Source: Pseudomonadota bacterium
Lineage (GTDB): Bacteria; Pseudomonadota; Alphaproteobacteria; Caulobacterales; Caulobacteraceae
Assembly: GCA_019348195.1 (NCBI GenBank)
Contig: JAHWJX010000001.1
Coordinates: forward strand, 36,091-100,090
Reading direction: 5' to 3'
DNA length: 64,000 bases
The position numbers and the translations under genes were made by a program. This document shows, one piece after another, positions 9,063 through 19,542 of this stretch. The notes under the pieces are model-generated. The model did not search any database. It was not told the DNA's origin and worked only from the letters and a program-made list of their open reading frames with translations. Each line of letters begins with the position of its first letter. Position 1 is the stretch's first letter.

Positions 9063-11564
9063 GTGACTCTCCCCATCCACGCCGTCCTGCCCGAACTCAC
9101 CGCAACCCTGGCCTCGACTCCCAACGCCGTGCTCGTGGCGCCGCCCGGAGCGGGCAAGACCACCGTCGTCCCGCTGGCCCTTCTCGACCAGCCCTGGGCT
9201 GAGGGCCGCATCGTCGTCCTCGAACCCCGCCGACTGGCCGCCCGGGCCGCCGCCCGACGCATGGCCCAGACCTTGGGTGAGGCCGTGGGCGCGACGGTGG
9301 GCTACCGCGTCCGGGGCGACAGCCGCGTCTCGGCCCGCACCCGTGTGGAGGTCGTCACCGAAGGCGTGTTCACCCGCCTGATCCTCGATGACCCCGCCCT
9401 GGAGGGAATCTCCGCCGTTCTCTTCGACGAGTTCCACGAACGCAGTCTCGACGCCGACCTGGGGCTCGCCTTTGCGCTCGACGCTCAATCGGTGCTCCGC
9501 CCCGATCTGCGTCTGCTGGTCATGTCCGCCACCCTGGACGGCGCCCGCGTCGCGGGCCTCCTCGGGCCCGGCGACCAGCCCGCGCCGCTGGTCCGCAGCG
9601 AAGGCCGCGCCTTTCCGATCGAGACCCGCCACCTCGGGCGCGATCCGGCGCTCCCCACCGAAGACCAGGTCTCCCGCGCCGTACGCCAGGCCCTGGCCGA
9701 CGAGCCCGGCTCCCTCCTCGTCTTCCTGCCCGGCCAGGCCGAGATCCGCCGCGTCGAACGTCAGCTCGCCGAGCGCCTCCCGTCCGACGCCATCCTGGCC
9801 CCGCTCTACGGCGCGCTCACCCCGGCCGAACAGGACCGCGCGGTTGATCCCGCGCCGTCCGGCCGCCGCAAGGTCGTTCTGGCCACCTCCATCGCCGAGA
9901 CCAGCCTGACCATCGAGGGCGTGCGCGGGGTGGTGGACAGCGGCCTCTCCCGCGAGCCCCGTTTCGACCCCGCCTCCGGCCTAACCCGCCTGGTGACCGT
10001 GCGCGTCAGCCAGGCCGCCGCCGACCAGCGCCGCGGCCGCGCCGGCCGCACTCAGCCCGGCGTCTGCTGGCGCCTGTGGAGCGAGCCGGAGACCCGCGCG
10101 CTTCGCCCCTTCTCCCGCCCGGAAATCCTCGACAGCGACCTGTCGCGCCTGGCCCTGGACCTGGCCGGGTGGGGCGCCCGCGACGCCACCGCCCTGGCTT
10201 TCCTGGATCCGCCGCCGCCGGCGGCCCTGGCCGAGGCCCGCGCCGTTTTGCAGCGCATCGACGCCCTGGACGGGGAGGGGACCTTGACCCCTCACGGCCG
10301 CACGATCGCCCGTCTTCCGCTTCCGCCGCGCCTGGCCCACATGGTCGTCCGCGGCGCCGAGTCCGGGGCCGCCCACCTCGCGGCCTCCGTGGCCGCCGTC
10401 GTTTCCGAGCGCGGCCTAGGCGGCGACGACCCGGACCTTCACACCCGCCTGGACCGCCTTCGGCGCGACGCCTCGTCGCGGGCGAGGGACGCCCGGGCCC
10501 TCGCGCAACGCTGGGCCGACCTCGCCGGCGGCTGCAGCAACTCCCGCTCTCCTCGGGAGCCGCCGGGGGGAGGAGCGGGACAGGAGGGGAGGCCGACCCA
10601 GCACCCGTCCACCCCCGCCCACCTGCTCGCGCTGGCCTACCCCGAGCGCATCGCCAAGGCCCGCGGCGCGCCTGGCGAATATCGGCTCGCCTCGGGCCGC
10701 GGCGCGCACCTCGACCCGGCCCACCCCCTGTCCCGACACCCCTGGCTGGCCGTGGGCGAGCTTGGCGGCGGCGGCGCGCGCGACCGCATCCTGCTGGCCG
10801 CCCCGCTCGATCCCGACCGGATCGCGGCGGATTTCGCCGACCAGCTCACCACCGCTGAAACCCTGGACGCGGACGCCGCGGGCCGTCTGCGAGCCCGCCG
10901 CATCATCCGGCTCGGCCGGCTGGAGGTCGCAACCCAGACCATCCCCGCGGATCCGGCTCTGATCCGCCGCGTTCTGCTCGACCGTGTTCGAACCGACGGC
11001 CTCGCCGCCCTTCCGCCCAGCGAAGCTCTGGACAAGCTGCGCGCGCGGGTGAGTTTCCTGCGGCAGGCGGCGGGACAGGAAGCCTGGCCCGACCTCTCCG
11101 AGGCCGTTCTCCTGGCCCGCGTCGAGGACTGGCTCGAGCCGCTGTTGGAGGGACGCACCAGTCTGGCCCAGGTCCCGCCGCCCGAGCTGGCGGAGGCCGT
11201 GGCCGGTCTCCTGCCCTGGGAGCGCCGCCGCGAACTGGATCGCCTGGCGCCCACCCATTTCGAGGCGCCCACCGGCTCTCGCCTCCCCATCGACTACAAG
11301 GCCGAAGGCGGCCCCGAAGTCGCCGTCCGGGTCCAGGAGCTGTTCGGCCTGGCGGCCCACCCCAGGGTCGCCGGCGTCCCGCTCCGGCTCGTCCTGCTCT
11401 CTCCCGCCCACCGCCCGATCCAGACCACCGCCGACCTGCCCGGCTTCTGGCGAGGCTCCTGGGGCGCAGTCCGGGCGGAGATGCGCGGCCGCTATCCCCG
11501 CCACCCTTGGCCCGAAGACCCCGCCGCCGCTCCTCCCACCACCCGAGCCAAGCCGCGGAGTTGA
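9063..11564 (+). CDS. hrpB: ATP-dependent RNA helicase HrpB (DEAH-box)
   Basis: GTG start. Walker A APPGAGKTT, DEFHERS (DEAH variant), SATLD, TSIAETSLTIEGV, QRRGRAGR. Long HrpB-type C-terminal domain. Confidence 0.93.
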   Translation: MTLPIHAVLPELTATLASTPNAVLVAPPGAGKTTVVPLALLDQPWAEGRIVVLEPRRLAARAAARRMAQTLGEAVGATVGYRVRGDSRVSARTRVEVVTEGVFTRLILDDPALEGISAVLFDEFHERSLDADLGLAFALDAQSVLRPDLRLLVMSATLDGARVAGLLGPGDQPAPLVRSEGRAFPIETRHLGRDPALPTEDQVSRAVRQALADEPGSLLVFLPGQAEIRRVERQLAERLPSDAILAPLYGALTPAEQDRAVDPAPSGRRKVVLATSIAETSLTIEGVRGVVDSGLSREPRFDPASGLTRLVTVRVSQAAADQRRGRAGRTQPGVCWRLWSEPETRALRPFSRPEILDSDLSRLALDLAGWGARDATALAFLDPPPPAALAEARAVLQRIDALDGEGTLTPHGRTIARLPLPPRLAHMVVRGAESGAAHLAASVAAVVSERGLGGDDPDLHTRLDRLRRDASSRARDARALAQRWADLAGGCSNSRSPREPPGGGAGQEGRPTQHPSTPAHLLALAYPERIAKARGAPGEYRLASGRGAHLDPAHPLSRHPWLAVGELGGGGARDRILLAAPLDPDRIAADFADQLTTAETLDADAAGRLRARRIIRLGRLEVATQTIPADPALIRRVLLDRVRTDGLAALPPSEALDKLRARVSFLRQAAGQEAWPDLSEAVLLARVEDWLEPLLEGRTSLAQVPPPELAEAVAGLLPWERRRELDRLAPTHFEAPTGSRLPIDYKAEGGPEVAVRVQELFGLAAHPRVAGVPLRLVLLSPAHRPIQTTADLPGFWRGSWGAVRAEMRGRYPRHPWPEDPAAAPPTTRAKPRS

Positions 11565-11592
11565 AGAGGGGCGGACTGCAAGCTCCCGCCTC

Positions 11593-12393
11593 TCACTCCG
11601 GCAGGGCGGCGTAGATCATGATCCCGGTCGCCACCGCCAGGTTCAGGCTGTCCGCGCGCCCCCGCATGGGGATCTTGACGTTCACGTCGCAGGCGGCGGC
11701 CAGTTCCTGGGTCAGGCCCGCCTGCTCATTGCCCATCAGCAGCAGCGTCGGTCGCCGATACTCCGCGCTGCGATGGTCCACCGTCGCCTGCAGTCGCGTT
11801 CCCACAACCGCGCCCGGCCAGCGCCGCCTCCAGGCGAGGAACTCGCTCCGGTCCGCGCGCGCGATCGACAGCGCGAAGATGGACCCCATGGTCGCCCGCA
11901 CGCCCTCGACCGAGTACGGGTCGACGCAGTCGCCCACCAGGATCACGCCCCCGCACCCCGCCGCGTCCGCGGTCCGGATGATGGTCCCCAGATTGCCCGG
12001 ATCGCGCACCGCCTCCAGCGCCACCCAGGTCGCGGCCGCTTCCGGCCGCAGCGCCTCCAGGGCCGCAAACCGCTGTTCGAACACCGCCACCACCGTCTGC
12101 GGATTGTCACGCTTGGACACCTTCTCGAGCACCTCGCGCGTGACCTCGACGGCCTCGCCCCCGTGCGCCTGGGCCGCCGCGACCACCCGCAGGAGGACCG
12201 GGTGTTTCGCCATCTCCGCCGTGTGCATCACGATCCGCGGCGGGAACCCCAGCTCCACCGCCTCAGCCACGATCTTCAGGCCTTCGGCCAGGAAACGCCC
12301 GCTCTCCTCGCGCGCCTTGCGCAGGTGCAGGGCGCGGGCGGCCTTGACCGTTTCATTGGTCAGGGAGGAGACGACGCGGCTCACCGGGTCCAC
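11593..12393 (-). CDS. TrmH/SpoU family RNA 2'-O-methyltransferase
   Basis: DPGNLGTIIRTADAAG, LLMGNEQAGL, IPMRGRADSLNLAVATGIMIY. Confidence 0.88.
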   Translation of the reverse strand: MDPVSRVVSSLTNETVKAARALHLRKAREESGRFLAEGLKIVAEAVELGFPPRIVMHTAEMAKHPVLLRVVAAAQAHGGEAVEVTREVLEKVSKRDNPQTVVAVFEQRFAALEALRPEAAATWVALEAVRDPGNLGTIIRTADAAGCGGVILVGDCVDPYSVEGVRATMGSIFALSIARADRSEFLAWRRRWPGAVVGTRLQATVDHRSAEYRRPTLLLMGNEQAGLTQELAAACDVNVKIPMRGRADSLNLAVATGIMIYAALPE

Positions 12394-13289
12394 CTCGCGA
12401 AGAAGCTCAAGCCCACTGCTCGCCCGCCGCGGTCTTCCTCCAGCGCCAGTTCGCCCCAGTCGATCCGTCCCCCCCGACCGCCCAGGGCGCCGGCCATGGC
12501 GTGTCCCAGAGAGAGGCCCGAAAGCCGCTCCGCATAGCCGTTGAGCAAGAGGAAGCCCGCGTCAGGCTCCAGCAGGGTCGCGCAATCGGCCAGCATTCCC
12601 GGCAGGTCCTCGAACAGCTTCCAGGTCTCTCCTCCCGGTCCGCGCCCGTACTTCGGGGGATCCAGGATGATCCCGTGGTAGCGCGAGCCCCGCTTCACCT
12701 CCCGAGCCACGTATTTGCGCGCGTCCTCCACGATCCAGCGCGTAGGCAGGGCCTCCATCCCCGACAACGCCGCATTCTCCCGCGCCCAGCCCACCGCCCG
12801 CTTGGAGGCGTCCACATGCGTCACCGCCGCGCCGGCCGCCGCGCACACCAGGCTCGCCACCCCGGTATAGCCGAACAGGTTCAGGACCTTGGCCCCGCGC
12901 GGCATCGCCCGCACCGCCCCGTCCAGCCATCCCCAGTTCGCCGCCTGCTCGGGGAAGAAGCCCAGGTGGCGGAAAGCCGTGAACCGCCCTTTGAAGCGCA
13001 CTCCCCCCCAGACCAGCGGAAAGGGCCCCGGCTCCCCCTCCCGCCGAAACCGCCACCGCCCGGCCTCGTCCTCGTCGCTGGCCGAGGGGTCGAACGTCGC
13101 GTCCGCCCGCGCCCAGGCCGCAGCGTCCGCCGGCGCCCATACGCACTGCGGCTCCGGACGCACCACCGTATGGGGCCCGAATCGCTCCAGCTTGCGCCCT
13201 CCGCCGCTGTCCAGCAGCGCATAGTCCGCCCAGGCGCGGGTGCGCATCACAACGGGGTCCGGCGCGAACTGGGGCAGGGAGGCGGGCAT
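12381..13289 (-). CDS. class I SAM-dependent (rRNA-type, RlmI/YccW-like) methyltransferase
   Basis: VLNLFGYTGVASL (SAM motif I), ILDPPKYG (catalytic DPPxx). 13-nt overlap with the downstream TrmH-family gene. Confidence 0.8.
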   Translation of the reverse strand: MPASLPQFAPDPVVMRTRAWADYALLDSGGGRKLERFGPHTVVRPEPQCVWAPADAAAWARADATFDPSASDEDEAGRWRFRREGEPGPFPLVWGGVRFKGRFTAFRHLGFFPEQAANWGWLDGAVRAMPRGAKVLNLFGYTGVASLVCAAAGAAVTHVDASKRAVGWARENAALSGMEALPTRWIVEDARKYVAREVKRGSRYHGIILDPPKYGRGPGGETWKLFEDLPGMLADCATLLEPDAGFLLLNGYAERLSGLSLGHAMAGALGGRGGRIDWGELALEEDRGGRAVGLSFFARWTR

Positions 13290-13502
13290 GGTGCGGCCCC
13301 TAAGCGGTCAGCCCGCCTCGCGTCCAGACGCAACGGGCCGCCTCGGCGCGGTTCGACTTTGGAGTCGCGCCACGGCGGCGCCCCTGGGCGCGGTTCAGCT
13401 GCAGCTTGACCTTACGAAGATTTCATCGGAGCCGGCGCCTCCATCGGGGGCGGCCGAGGGCTCCTAGGATCAGGAGCGTCGCTTGGACGCCAGGAGGTTG
13501 GT

Positions 13503-13886
13503 ATGGCGGAGGACATCCTCGTGCCTTTGTTCGTGTTCGGTTCGATCGCCGCCATGGTGATCGCGCCCTTCTATTTCCGCTCGCGGGACAGGGCGAAGCT
13601 GCTGGACACGGTGCGAACGGCCTATGACCGCGGACAGCCCGTGCCGCCGGAGTTGATCAACGCGCTTCAGGCCAGGCAGGCCTCCCTCCGGCCGTCGCCG
13701 GAGCGCGACCTCCGCAGCGGGATCATCTGGTTGGCGGTCGGTGTGGGTCTGGCCATCTTCGCAGTGCTGATGAGCTTCGAGGAGGATGACGCGATCTTCC
13801 CCCTCCTGGGCATCGCCAGCATCCCCGGCACGGTCGGGCTCACCTTGATCGCCCTGAGCTTCATCGGCCGCGATCGGCGACCCTGA
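13503..13886 (+). CDS. small 3-TM membrane protein, DUF6249-like
   Basis: N-terminal TM (LVPLFVFGSIAAMVIAPFYF), a basic/helical segment (RDRAKLLDTVRTAYDRGQPVPPELINAL), then two TMs. Family name is from memory. SD-like aggagg lies 5 nt upstream of the ATG. Ends 25 nt before the ECF sigma gene. Confidence 0.7.
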   Translation: MAEDILVPLFVFGSIAAMVIAPFYFRSRDRAKLLDTVRTAYDRGQPVPPELINALQARQASLRPSPERDLRSGIIWLAVGVGLAIFAVLMSFEEDDAIFPLLGIASIPGTVGLTLIALSFIGRDRRP

Positions 13887-13911
13887 CCGCGGCGGTCTCG
13901 GGAGCGCCGCG

Positions 13912-14463
13912 ATGAACAGGGACGCAGTTCAAAGCCTGCACGATCTGGAGCTGGCCGCTCTGGCGACTGCGGGGGACCGCCGCGCCTTTGGCGAACTGGT
14001 GCGGCGTCACAACGCCGGCGTGCGAGGGGTGTTGATGCGGATGGGAGCCGATCCGGCCACGGCGGACGACGTCGCCCAGGACGCCTTCATCACCGCCTTT
14101 TCCCGCATCTCGGAGTTTCGCGGCCAAGGCGCCTTCCCAGGCTGGGTGAAGCGGATCGCCGCGCGGCAGTATCTGAAGCGCTTACGTCGTCGCGCGCCGG
14201 AGCCGGAGCCGGAGGCCGAAGGCTGGGGCGGGGAGGGGGAAAGCGCCGCGCGCATGGACCTTGATCAAGCCCTGGCGGGTCTGCCCGAAACCGAGCGGAT
14301 CTGCGTCACGCTTTGCTACGGCGCGGGCTTTTCCCACTCAGAGGCCGCAGCCACTTTGGACCTGCCCTTGGGCACGGTGAAATCCCATGTCAAACGTGGT
14401 TTGGATAGGCTCCGGGTCCGGCTCGGGCCGCCCGCGGCCGACAAGGAACGGGCGCATGTCTGA
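13912..14463 (+). CDS. ECF-type RNA polymerase sigma-70 family factor
   Basis: Region 2 (DDVAQDAFITAFSRISEFRG..FPGWVKRIAARQYLKRLRR) and region 4 HTH (LPETERICVTLCYGAGFSHSEAAATLDLPLGTVKSHVKRGLDRLR). Confidence 0.9.
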   Translation: MNRDAVQSLHDLELAALATAGDRRAFGELVRRHNAGVRGVLMRMGADPATADDVAQDAFITAFSRISEFRGQGAFPGWVKRIAARQYLKRLRRRAPEPEPEAEGWGGEGESAARMDLDQALAGLPETERICVTLCYGAGFSHSEAAATLDLPLGTVKSHVKRGLDRLRVRLGPPAADKERAHV

Positions 14464-14836
14464 CTTCGAATTCGAAGCTCGCCTCGAGCGGATGTTCTCG
14501 CAGCCGCCGCGCCTCACCGACCCCGGCCTGTTCGCGGCGCAGGTGCAGGCGCGGCTGGAGCGGGGCTGGGCGTTCCGGCGGGTGCTCCTGGGCGCGGCGG
14601 GGGTGGTGGGGGGCGTGGTGGCGGCGAGCCAGGCCTTCAGCTCCGGCCTGCTCTCACGCCTGGGCCAGGTCCAGGCGCCGGTGAAGCCGCTGATCGCGGA
14701 GCTCCGATCCGAACGCTTGGCGGCCGGAAACGATTGGAGCGCCCTTGCCGGCAGCGGCGAAGTGATCTGGATCGCCGCCGCTATGCTGGCCGTGACTGTG
14801 GGGATCATCGCCACAAGGCTTTCCGACACCTTCTGA
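14456..14836 (+). CDS. small 2-TM membrane protein, candidate anti-sigma factor
   Basis: ATG 14456 overlaps the sigma stop (ATGTCTGA). Cytoplasmic N-terminus MSDFEFEARLERMF, TM at LLGAAGVVGGVVAASQAF, second TM at VIWIAAAMLAVTVGIIA. No zinc-binding HxxxCxxC motif. Confidence 0.6.
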   Translation: MSDFEFEARLERMFSQPPRLTDPGLFAAQVQARLERGWAFRRVLLGAAGVVGGVVAASQAFSSGLLSRLGQVQAPVKPLIAELRSERLAAGNDWSALAGSGEVIWIAAAMLAVTVGIIATRLSDTF

Positions 14837-14950
14837 AGTCCGTCGCCCAAATCTGGACACCCGGAGCTGTTGGGGAGCACGGAGCGCAGCCGCGTTGCCG
14901 CGCGAGGGCGGCCCCGCTAGGGTCGCCGACTTTCCGGAGTTCAAACAACC

Positions 14951-15679
14951 TTGGCCGACGTTTTCGAAGAAGTCGAAGGGCAGCTGCGCGCGGAGCGCTA
15001 CCAGTCCCTCGGTCGCAAGTTGCTTCCTTGGCTGATCGGGGCCGCCGTTCTGGCCTTGGTGATCAGTCTGGCCGTGTACGGCTGGAACCAGTACCGGATC
15101 CGGGCCGCCCAACAGGCCTCCATCGACTACGCCGCCGGCCTGCAAGCCGTGGGAGCCAACAACCGGGCCGAAGCCGAACGTCGCTTCGCGGCCGCCGCCG
15201 AATCGCGGTCCGACGCCTACCGCTCCCTAGCCTTGATGCAGCGCGCCGGCCTGCGCGTCGAGGACAACAGGCCGCGCGAGGCGGTGCCGCTGCTGGACGA
15301 GGCGGCCGAGGCGGCTCCGGGACCGCTTCTGGCCGACGCGGCCGCGCTCAAGGCCGCCTTCTTGGTCATGGACTATGCGCCGCTGAACGAGATCGAGCGC
15401 CGTTTGAACCCGCTCCGGGAAGAAGGTCGGCCTTACCGAAGCGCGGCCCGCGAAGCCTGGGCCATGGCGCAGATCGGAGCCGGCAGGCCCGCAGAGGCGC
15501 GCCGCGAGTTCGTGGTGTTGTCGCAAGCCCTGGACACCTCCGAAGGCGCCCGCGCACGGGCAACGGCCATGATCGCGGCCATCGACTCCGGCGCCGCCGC
15601 CCAGGCGCCCGCCATTCTTCGGGCCGTCCCCGCGGCCGCGCCCCTCCAGCCCCAAGCCGCTCCGGTTCCCGCGCGATGA
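14951..15679 (+). CDS. YfgM-like membrane-anchored tetratricopeptide-repeat protein
   Basis: TTG start. N-terminal anchor LLPWLIGAAVLALVISLAVYGW followed by an Ala-rich TPR-like region. Conserved position immediately upstream of bamB-der. Confidence 0.75.
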   Translation: MADVFEEVEGQLRAERYQSLGRKLLPWLIGAAVLALVISLAVYGWNQYRIRAAQQASIDYAAGLQAVGANNRAEAERRFAAAAESRSDAYRSLALMQRAGLRVEDNRPREAVPLLDEAAEAAPGPLLADAAALKAAFLVMDYAPLNEIERRLNPLREEGRPYRSAAREAWAMAQIGAGRPAEARREFVVLSQALDTSEGARARATAMIAAIDSGAAAQAPAILRAVPAAAPLQPQAAPVPAR

Positions 15680-17055
15680 TCCCCCAAGCTTTGTCGCGCG
15701 GCGCCCTGGCCCTCACCCTGATGTTGTACGTCGCCGGCTGTTCCACGCTGGGCCGGCTCAATCCGCTCGGACGCGACGACGGGCCCGGCGCACGGGCCTC
15801 GGAAGGCGAGCGGGTGTCCGTCATCGCCTTTGACCAGACGGTCACCCCGGCGGAGGCGCTCAAGGGCGTGGCGTTCGAGATCCCGCCGCCGGTGCTCAAC
15901 CCGGCCTGGCCCCAGCCCGGCGGGAGGCCCGAACAGCCGCTGGCGCATGTCCAGGCCGCGCCGGAGCTGGCGATCGCCTGGCGCCGCCGCATCGGCGAGG
16001 GTACATCGCGGGGCAATCAGGTCACGGCGACGCCGATCATCGCCGACGGACGCGTCTACGCCATGGACGGCCAAGCCACCGTGAGCGCGCACGACGCCAC
16101 GAGCGGCGCGCCGGTGTGGCGCGTGGACCTGACGCCTCGGGAACGACGGGATCAGGAGGCCTATGGCGGGGGCTTGGCCTTTGCGGACGGACGCGTCTAC
16201 GTCAGCTCCGGATTCCGCTTCGTGGCCGCGCTGGACGCGGCCACGGGCGCCACCGTCTGGCGCACTCCGGTGGAGGCGCCCATGCGCGGAGCCCCGACCG
16301 TAGCCGAAGGGCGCGTCTTCGCGGTCAGCGCCGACAACGAGGTCCTCGCCTTTGACACGCGCACGGGCACCGAGGCTTGGACCTATCAGGCCCTGGTCGA
16401 GCCCGCGCGCTTCGCCATCGCCTCCAGCCCTGCGGTGGCCGGGGATACGGTGGTGGCGCCGTTCGCTTCCGGCGAACTGGTGGCTCTGAGAGCGCAGAAC
16501 GGCAACGAATTGTGGACGGACGTGCTGTCGCGCGCCAGCCGCACCAACGCCCTTTCCGAGCTTCGCGACATCGCGGGGCGGCCCGTGATCTACCAGGGCG
16601 ACGTGTTCGCCACGAGCAACTCCGGCGTCTTCTCGTCGACCGACCTGCGAACGGGAGCCCGTCGATGGAGCCTGCCGGTGTCGGCCTTGACCACTCCGTG
16701 GCCCGCCGGCGACGTGGTTTATGTGATGTCCAAGGCCGGCGAGCTGATCTGCGTGGCGCGCGACTCCGGCCAGGTCTACTGGTTGACGGACCTGAATGCT
16801 GGGCGCGTTCGCAAGGAGGGCGGCTTTCTCGGCTTCTTCGACCGGGAGGTCAGGCCGACCTGGTCCAGCCCGCTGCTGGCCTCCAACCGGCTGATCACCG
16901 TCTCCACCGACGGCGTTGCGGTGGCGGCCGATGCTCGAACCGGAGCGGTCCAGAAGACCGTGCAGTTGGGTTCGCCGGCTTTCATCGCCCCGGTCGCCGC
17001 CGGCGGCACCATCTATGTCGTCACGGAGGAAGCGGAGTTGATCGCGCTTCGCTAG
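15676..17055 (+). CDS. bamB: outer membrane protein assembly factor BamB (PQQ-like beta-propeller lipoprotein)
   Basis: Start [23 protein letters not shown] carries a lipobox (VAGC). ATGA overlap with the upstream gene. Repeated propeller blades (VWR, GRVYV, ALDAATG, LWT). The ORF-track extension back to 14734 is rejected. Confidence 0.9.
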   Translation: MIPQALSRGALALTLMLYVAGCSTLGRLNPLGRDDGPGARASEGERVSVIAFDQTVTPAEALKGVAFEIPPPVLNPAWPQPGGRPEQPLAHVQAAPELAIAWRRRIGEGTSRGNQVTATPIIADGRVYAMDGQATVSAHDATSGAPVWRVDLTPRERRDQEAYGGGLAFADGRVYVSSGFRFVAALDAATGATVWRTPVEAPMRGAPTVAEGRVFAVSADNEVLAFDTRTGTEAWTYQALVEPARFAIASSPAVAGDTVVAPFASGELVALRAQNGNELWTDVLSRASRTNALSELRDIAGRPVIYQGDVFATSNSGVFSSTDLRTGARRWSLPVSALTTPWPAGDVVYVMSKAGELICVARDSGQVYWLTDLNAGRVRKEGGFLGFFDREVRPTWSSPLLASNRLITVSTDGVAVAADARTGAVQKTVQLGSPAFIAPVAAGGTIYVVTEEAELIALR

Positions 17056-17065
17056 GATCGGGCGC

Positions 17066-18562
17066 ATGACTCTGAAAGTGGCGATCGTGGGCCGCCCCAA
17101 TGTGGGCAAGTCCACTCTCTTCAACCGGCTGGCCGGCAAGAAGCTCGCGATCGTGGACGACCGTCCGGGCGTGACCCGGGATCGGCGCTACGCCGACGGC
17201 AGCATCGGCGACATCGAGCTGGAGCTGATCGACACCGCGGGCTTCGAAGACGTCGAGGACGAGAGTCTCGAGGCGCGCATGCGCGCGGGCACCGAGCGGG
17301 CCGTGGACGAAGCGGACGTGGTCCTCTTCGTGTTCGACACGCGCGAGGGCGTGACCCCGCTGGACCGCATCTTCGCGGAACAGGTCCGCCGGCGCGACAA
17401 GCCGGTGATCCTGCTGGCCAACAAGGCCGAGGGCAAGACGGCCGAAGCCTTGTCGGCCGAAGCCTATGCGCTGGGCCTAGGCGAGCCGATCCTGATCTCG
17501 GGCGAGCACGGGGTGGGCCTGAGCGACCTGTACGAGGCCCTGGTTCCGTTCGAACACCTGGGGACCGATGAGGAGGACGATCCCGACAAGCCGGTCCTGA
17601 TCGCCATCGTAGGGCGGCCGAACGCGGGCAAGTCCACCCTGGTCAACCGGCTGATCGGCGAAGAGCGCATGCTGACCGGCCCGGAGGCGGGGATCACCCG
17701 GGACTCGATCCCGGTGGACTGGGAGTGGGAGGGCCGTAAGGTCCGCCTGGTCGACACGGCGGGTCTGCGGCGCAAGGCGCGAGTGCAGGAGAAGCTGGAG
17801 AAGCTCTCCACCTCCGACACCATCCGAGCGGTGACCTTCGCCGAGGTGGTGATTCTGGTCATGGATGCGGAGAACGCCTTCGAGACCCAGGATCTGCAGA
17901 TCTCCGACCTGGTCGAGCGGGAGGGAAGGGCGCTGGTCTTTTGCCTGGCCAAGTGGGACCTGGTCGAGGAGCCTCAGGCGCGACTGGCCGAGCTGCGCGA
18001 GCGCGCGGATCGGCTGCTGCCGCAGGTGCGCGGGACGCCGCTGGTGGCCTTGTCCGCGGAAACGGGGCGGGGCGTGGACCGGCTGATGCCGGCGGTGTTC
18101 AAGGCCCATCGGAACTGGTCGGCCAAGGTCAAGACGCGGGACCTGAACGACTGGCTGCGGCTCATGGTGCAGAGGCATCCGCCGCCGGCCGTCAACGGCC
18201 GGCGGGTCAAGCCCAAGTACATGGCCCAGCTCAAGGCGCGGCCGCCCAGCTTCGTCCTGCTGGCCAGTCGGGCGGACGCTCTGCCGGAGAGCTGGAAGCG
18301 CTATCTGGTGAACGGGCTCAGGGAGAGCTTCGATCTGGCGGGCGTGCCGATCCGGCTCACGGTGCGGCAGGGCGCCAACCCCTATGCGGATGGAGCCGAG
18401 GCGCCCTCGCCGCGTGCGGGAGACAAGCCTGCGGCGCCCAAGCCGGCGCGCCCCCCGCGCAAGCCCGGGCCTTACAAGCCGGGGCCCAAGCCCGCCCACC
18501 CGGGCCGGGTGCGCGCCAAGCCCGTCGGATCGTCAGGACCGCGGCGACCTTCGGGGCGGTGA
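17066..18562 (+). CDS. der: ribosome-associated GTPase Der (EngA)
   Basis: Two GTPase domains ([12 protein letters not shown] and [12 protein letters not shown], two DTAG motifs, NKAE/AKWD) and a KH-like domain. The last roughly 57 aa are a Pro/Lys/Arg-rich tail. Confidence 0.95.
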   Translation: MTLKVAIVGRPNVGKSTLFNRLAGKKLAIVDDRPGVTRDRRYADGSIGDIELELIDTAGFEDVEDESLEARMRAGTERAVDEADVVLFVFDTREGVTPLDRIFAEQVRRRDKPVILLANKAEGKTAEALSAEAYALGLGEPILISGEHGVGLSDLYEALVPFEHLGTDEEDDPDKPVLIAIVGRPNAGKSTLVNRLIGEERMLTGPEAGITRDSIPVDWEWEGRKVRLVDTAGLRRKARVQEKLEKLSTSDTIRAVTFAEVVILVMDAENAFETQDLQISDLVEREGRALVFCLAKWDLVEEPQARLAELRERADRLLPQVRGTPLVALSAETGRGVDRLMPAVFKAHRNWSAKVKTRDLNDWLRLMVQRHPPPAVNGRRVKPKYMAQLKARPPSFVLLASRADALPESWKRYLVNGLRESFDLAGVPIRLTVRQGANPYADGAEAPSPRAGDKPAAPKPARPPRKPGPYKPGPKPAHPGRVRAKPVGSSGPRRPSGR

Positions 18563-18664
18563 CCCGCGGCTTCGGTGGTTCAGCAAAACGGCCGATCGCG
18601 CCCTTGGCGGCTCAACGCGGGGTGCGCGCAAGTCCACAGCGTCTTCTCGGCCGTGAACGGGGCG

Positions 18665-19408
18665 TCACGCCCTTGGGCTTGGCGGCACCACCCCTCCTGG
18701 CGGGTCGCGGTCTGCCCGCAGGAGCTCAAGGATCGCGGGGGCGTGCGCCTCGGGCGGGGGGAGCGTTTCAGGGTCCTCGCCCGGAAAGGCTTCGGCGCGC
18801 ATGCGGGTGCGGGTGCGGCCTGGATTGTAGAGCGCGACGCGCACGGCCGTGTTGGCCACTTCGTCGGCATAGGTCCGGACCAGGGCTTCGAGCCCCGCCT
18901 TGGACACGGCGTAGGGGCCCCAAAAGGCGCGGGGCTCCGCCGCCACGCCGCTGGTCAGGAACACGGCCCGACCCGCGTCGGAGGCGCGCAGGAGCGGGTC
19001 CACGGAGCGGATCAGGCGCCAGTTGGCGGTGAGGTTCACGGCCAGGGTCCTGGTCCAGTCCTTGGGTTCGACATGGCCCAGCGGCGACATGGGGCCCAGC
19101 ACCCCCGCGGCGGCGACCAGAGCGTCCAGCCGCCCCCAGCGTTCGTAAAGGGCCGCCCCCAGGCGGTCGAGGCCGTCGCCATCCTTCAGGTCCAAGGGCA
19201 CCAGCGTGACGCCCGCCCCCGTGGCGGCGCGCACCTCGTCGTCCAGCTCTTCGAGCGCGCCCTGATTCGTGCCGGTGGCGATCACCTGCGCTCCTGCCCG
19301 GGCGAGGGCCCCGGCGGCGGCGCGGCCAATGCCGCGAGACGCGCCGGTGACCAGGGCCACGCAGCCGGCAAGGTCGGGGGGAACGGGCAGGGCAGCCTCC
19401 TTGGTCAT
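18665..19408 (-). CDS. SDR family oxidoreductase
   Basis: TGASRGIGRAAA Rossmann motif and YAVSKAG catalytic YxxxK. Confidence 0.88.
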   Translation of the reverse strand: MTKEAALPVPPDLAGCVALVTGASRGIGRAAAGALARAGAQVIATGTNQGALEELDDEVRAATGAGVTLVPLDLKDGDGLDRLGAALYERWGRLDALVAAAGVLGPMSPLGHVEPKDWTRTLAVNLTANWRLIRSVDPLLRASDAGRAVFLTSGVAAEPRAFWGPYAVSKAGLEALVRTYADEVANTAVRVALYNPGRTRTRMRAEAFPGEDPETLPPPEAHAPAILELLRADRDPPGGVVPPSPRA

Positions 19409-19474
19409 CTCAGCTCCTGATGCGAACCGAGCGCGGCCGCGACGCCGTCAGGGCGCGGCTCTGCAAATGGGCCC

Positions 19475-19490
19475 GGCCGGAGCCTCGGCC
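19475..19490 (-). terminator. possible terminator hairpin after the TonB-dependent receptor gene
   Basis: On the minus strand: ggccg-aggctc-cggcc followed by gggcccatttgc. The stem is short and the U tract weak. Confidence 0.3.
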
Positions 19491-19542
19491 CGGTTAGGCC
19501 GCTTTCCATGGGGGGGCAACGAAGGCCGCCGCCTCTTGGGAC

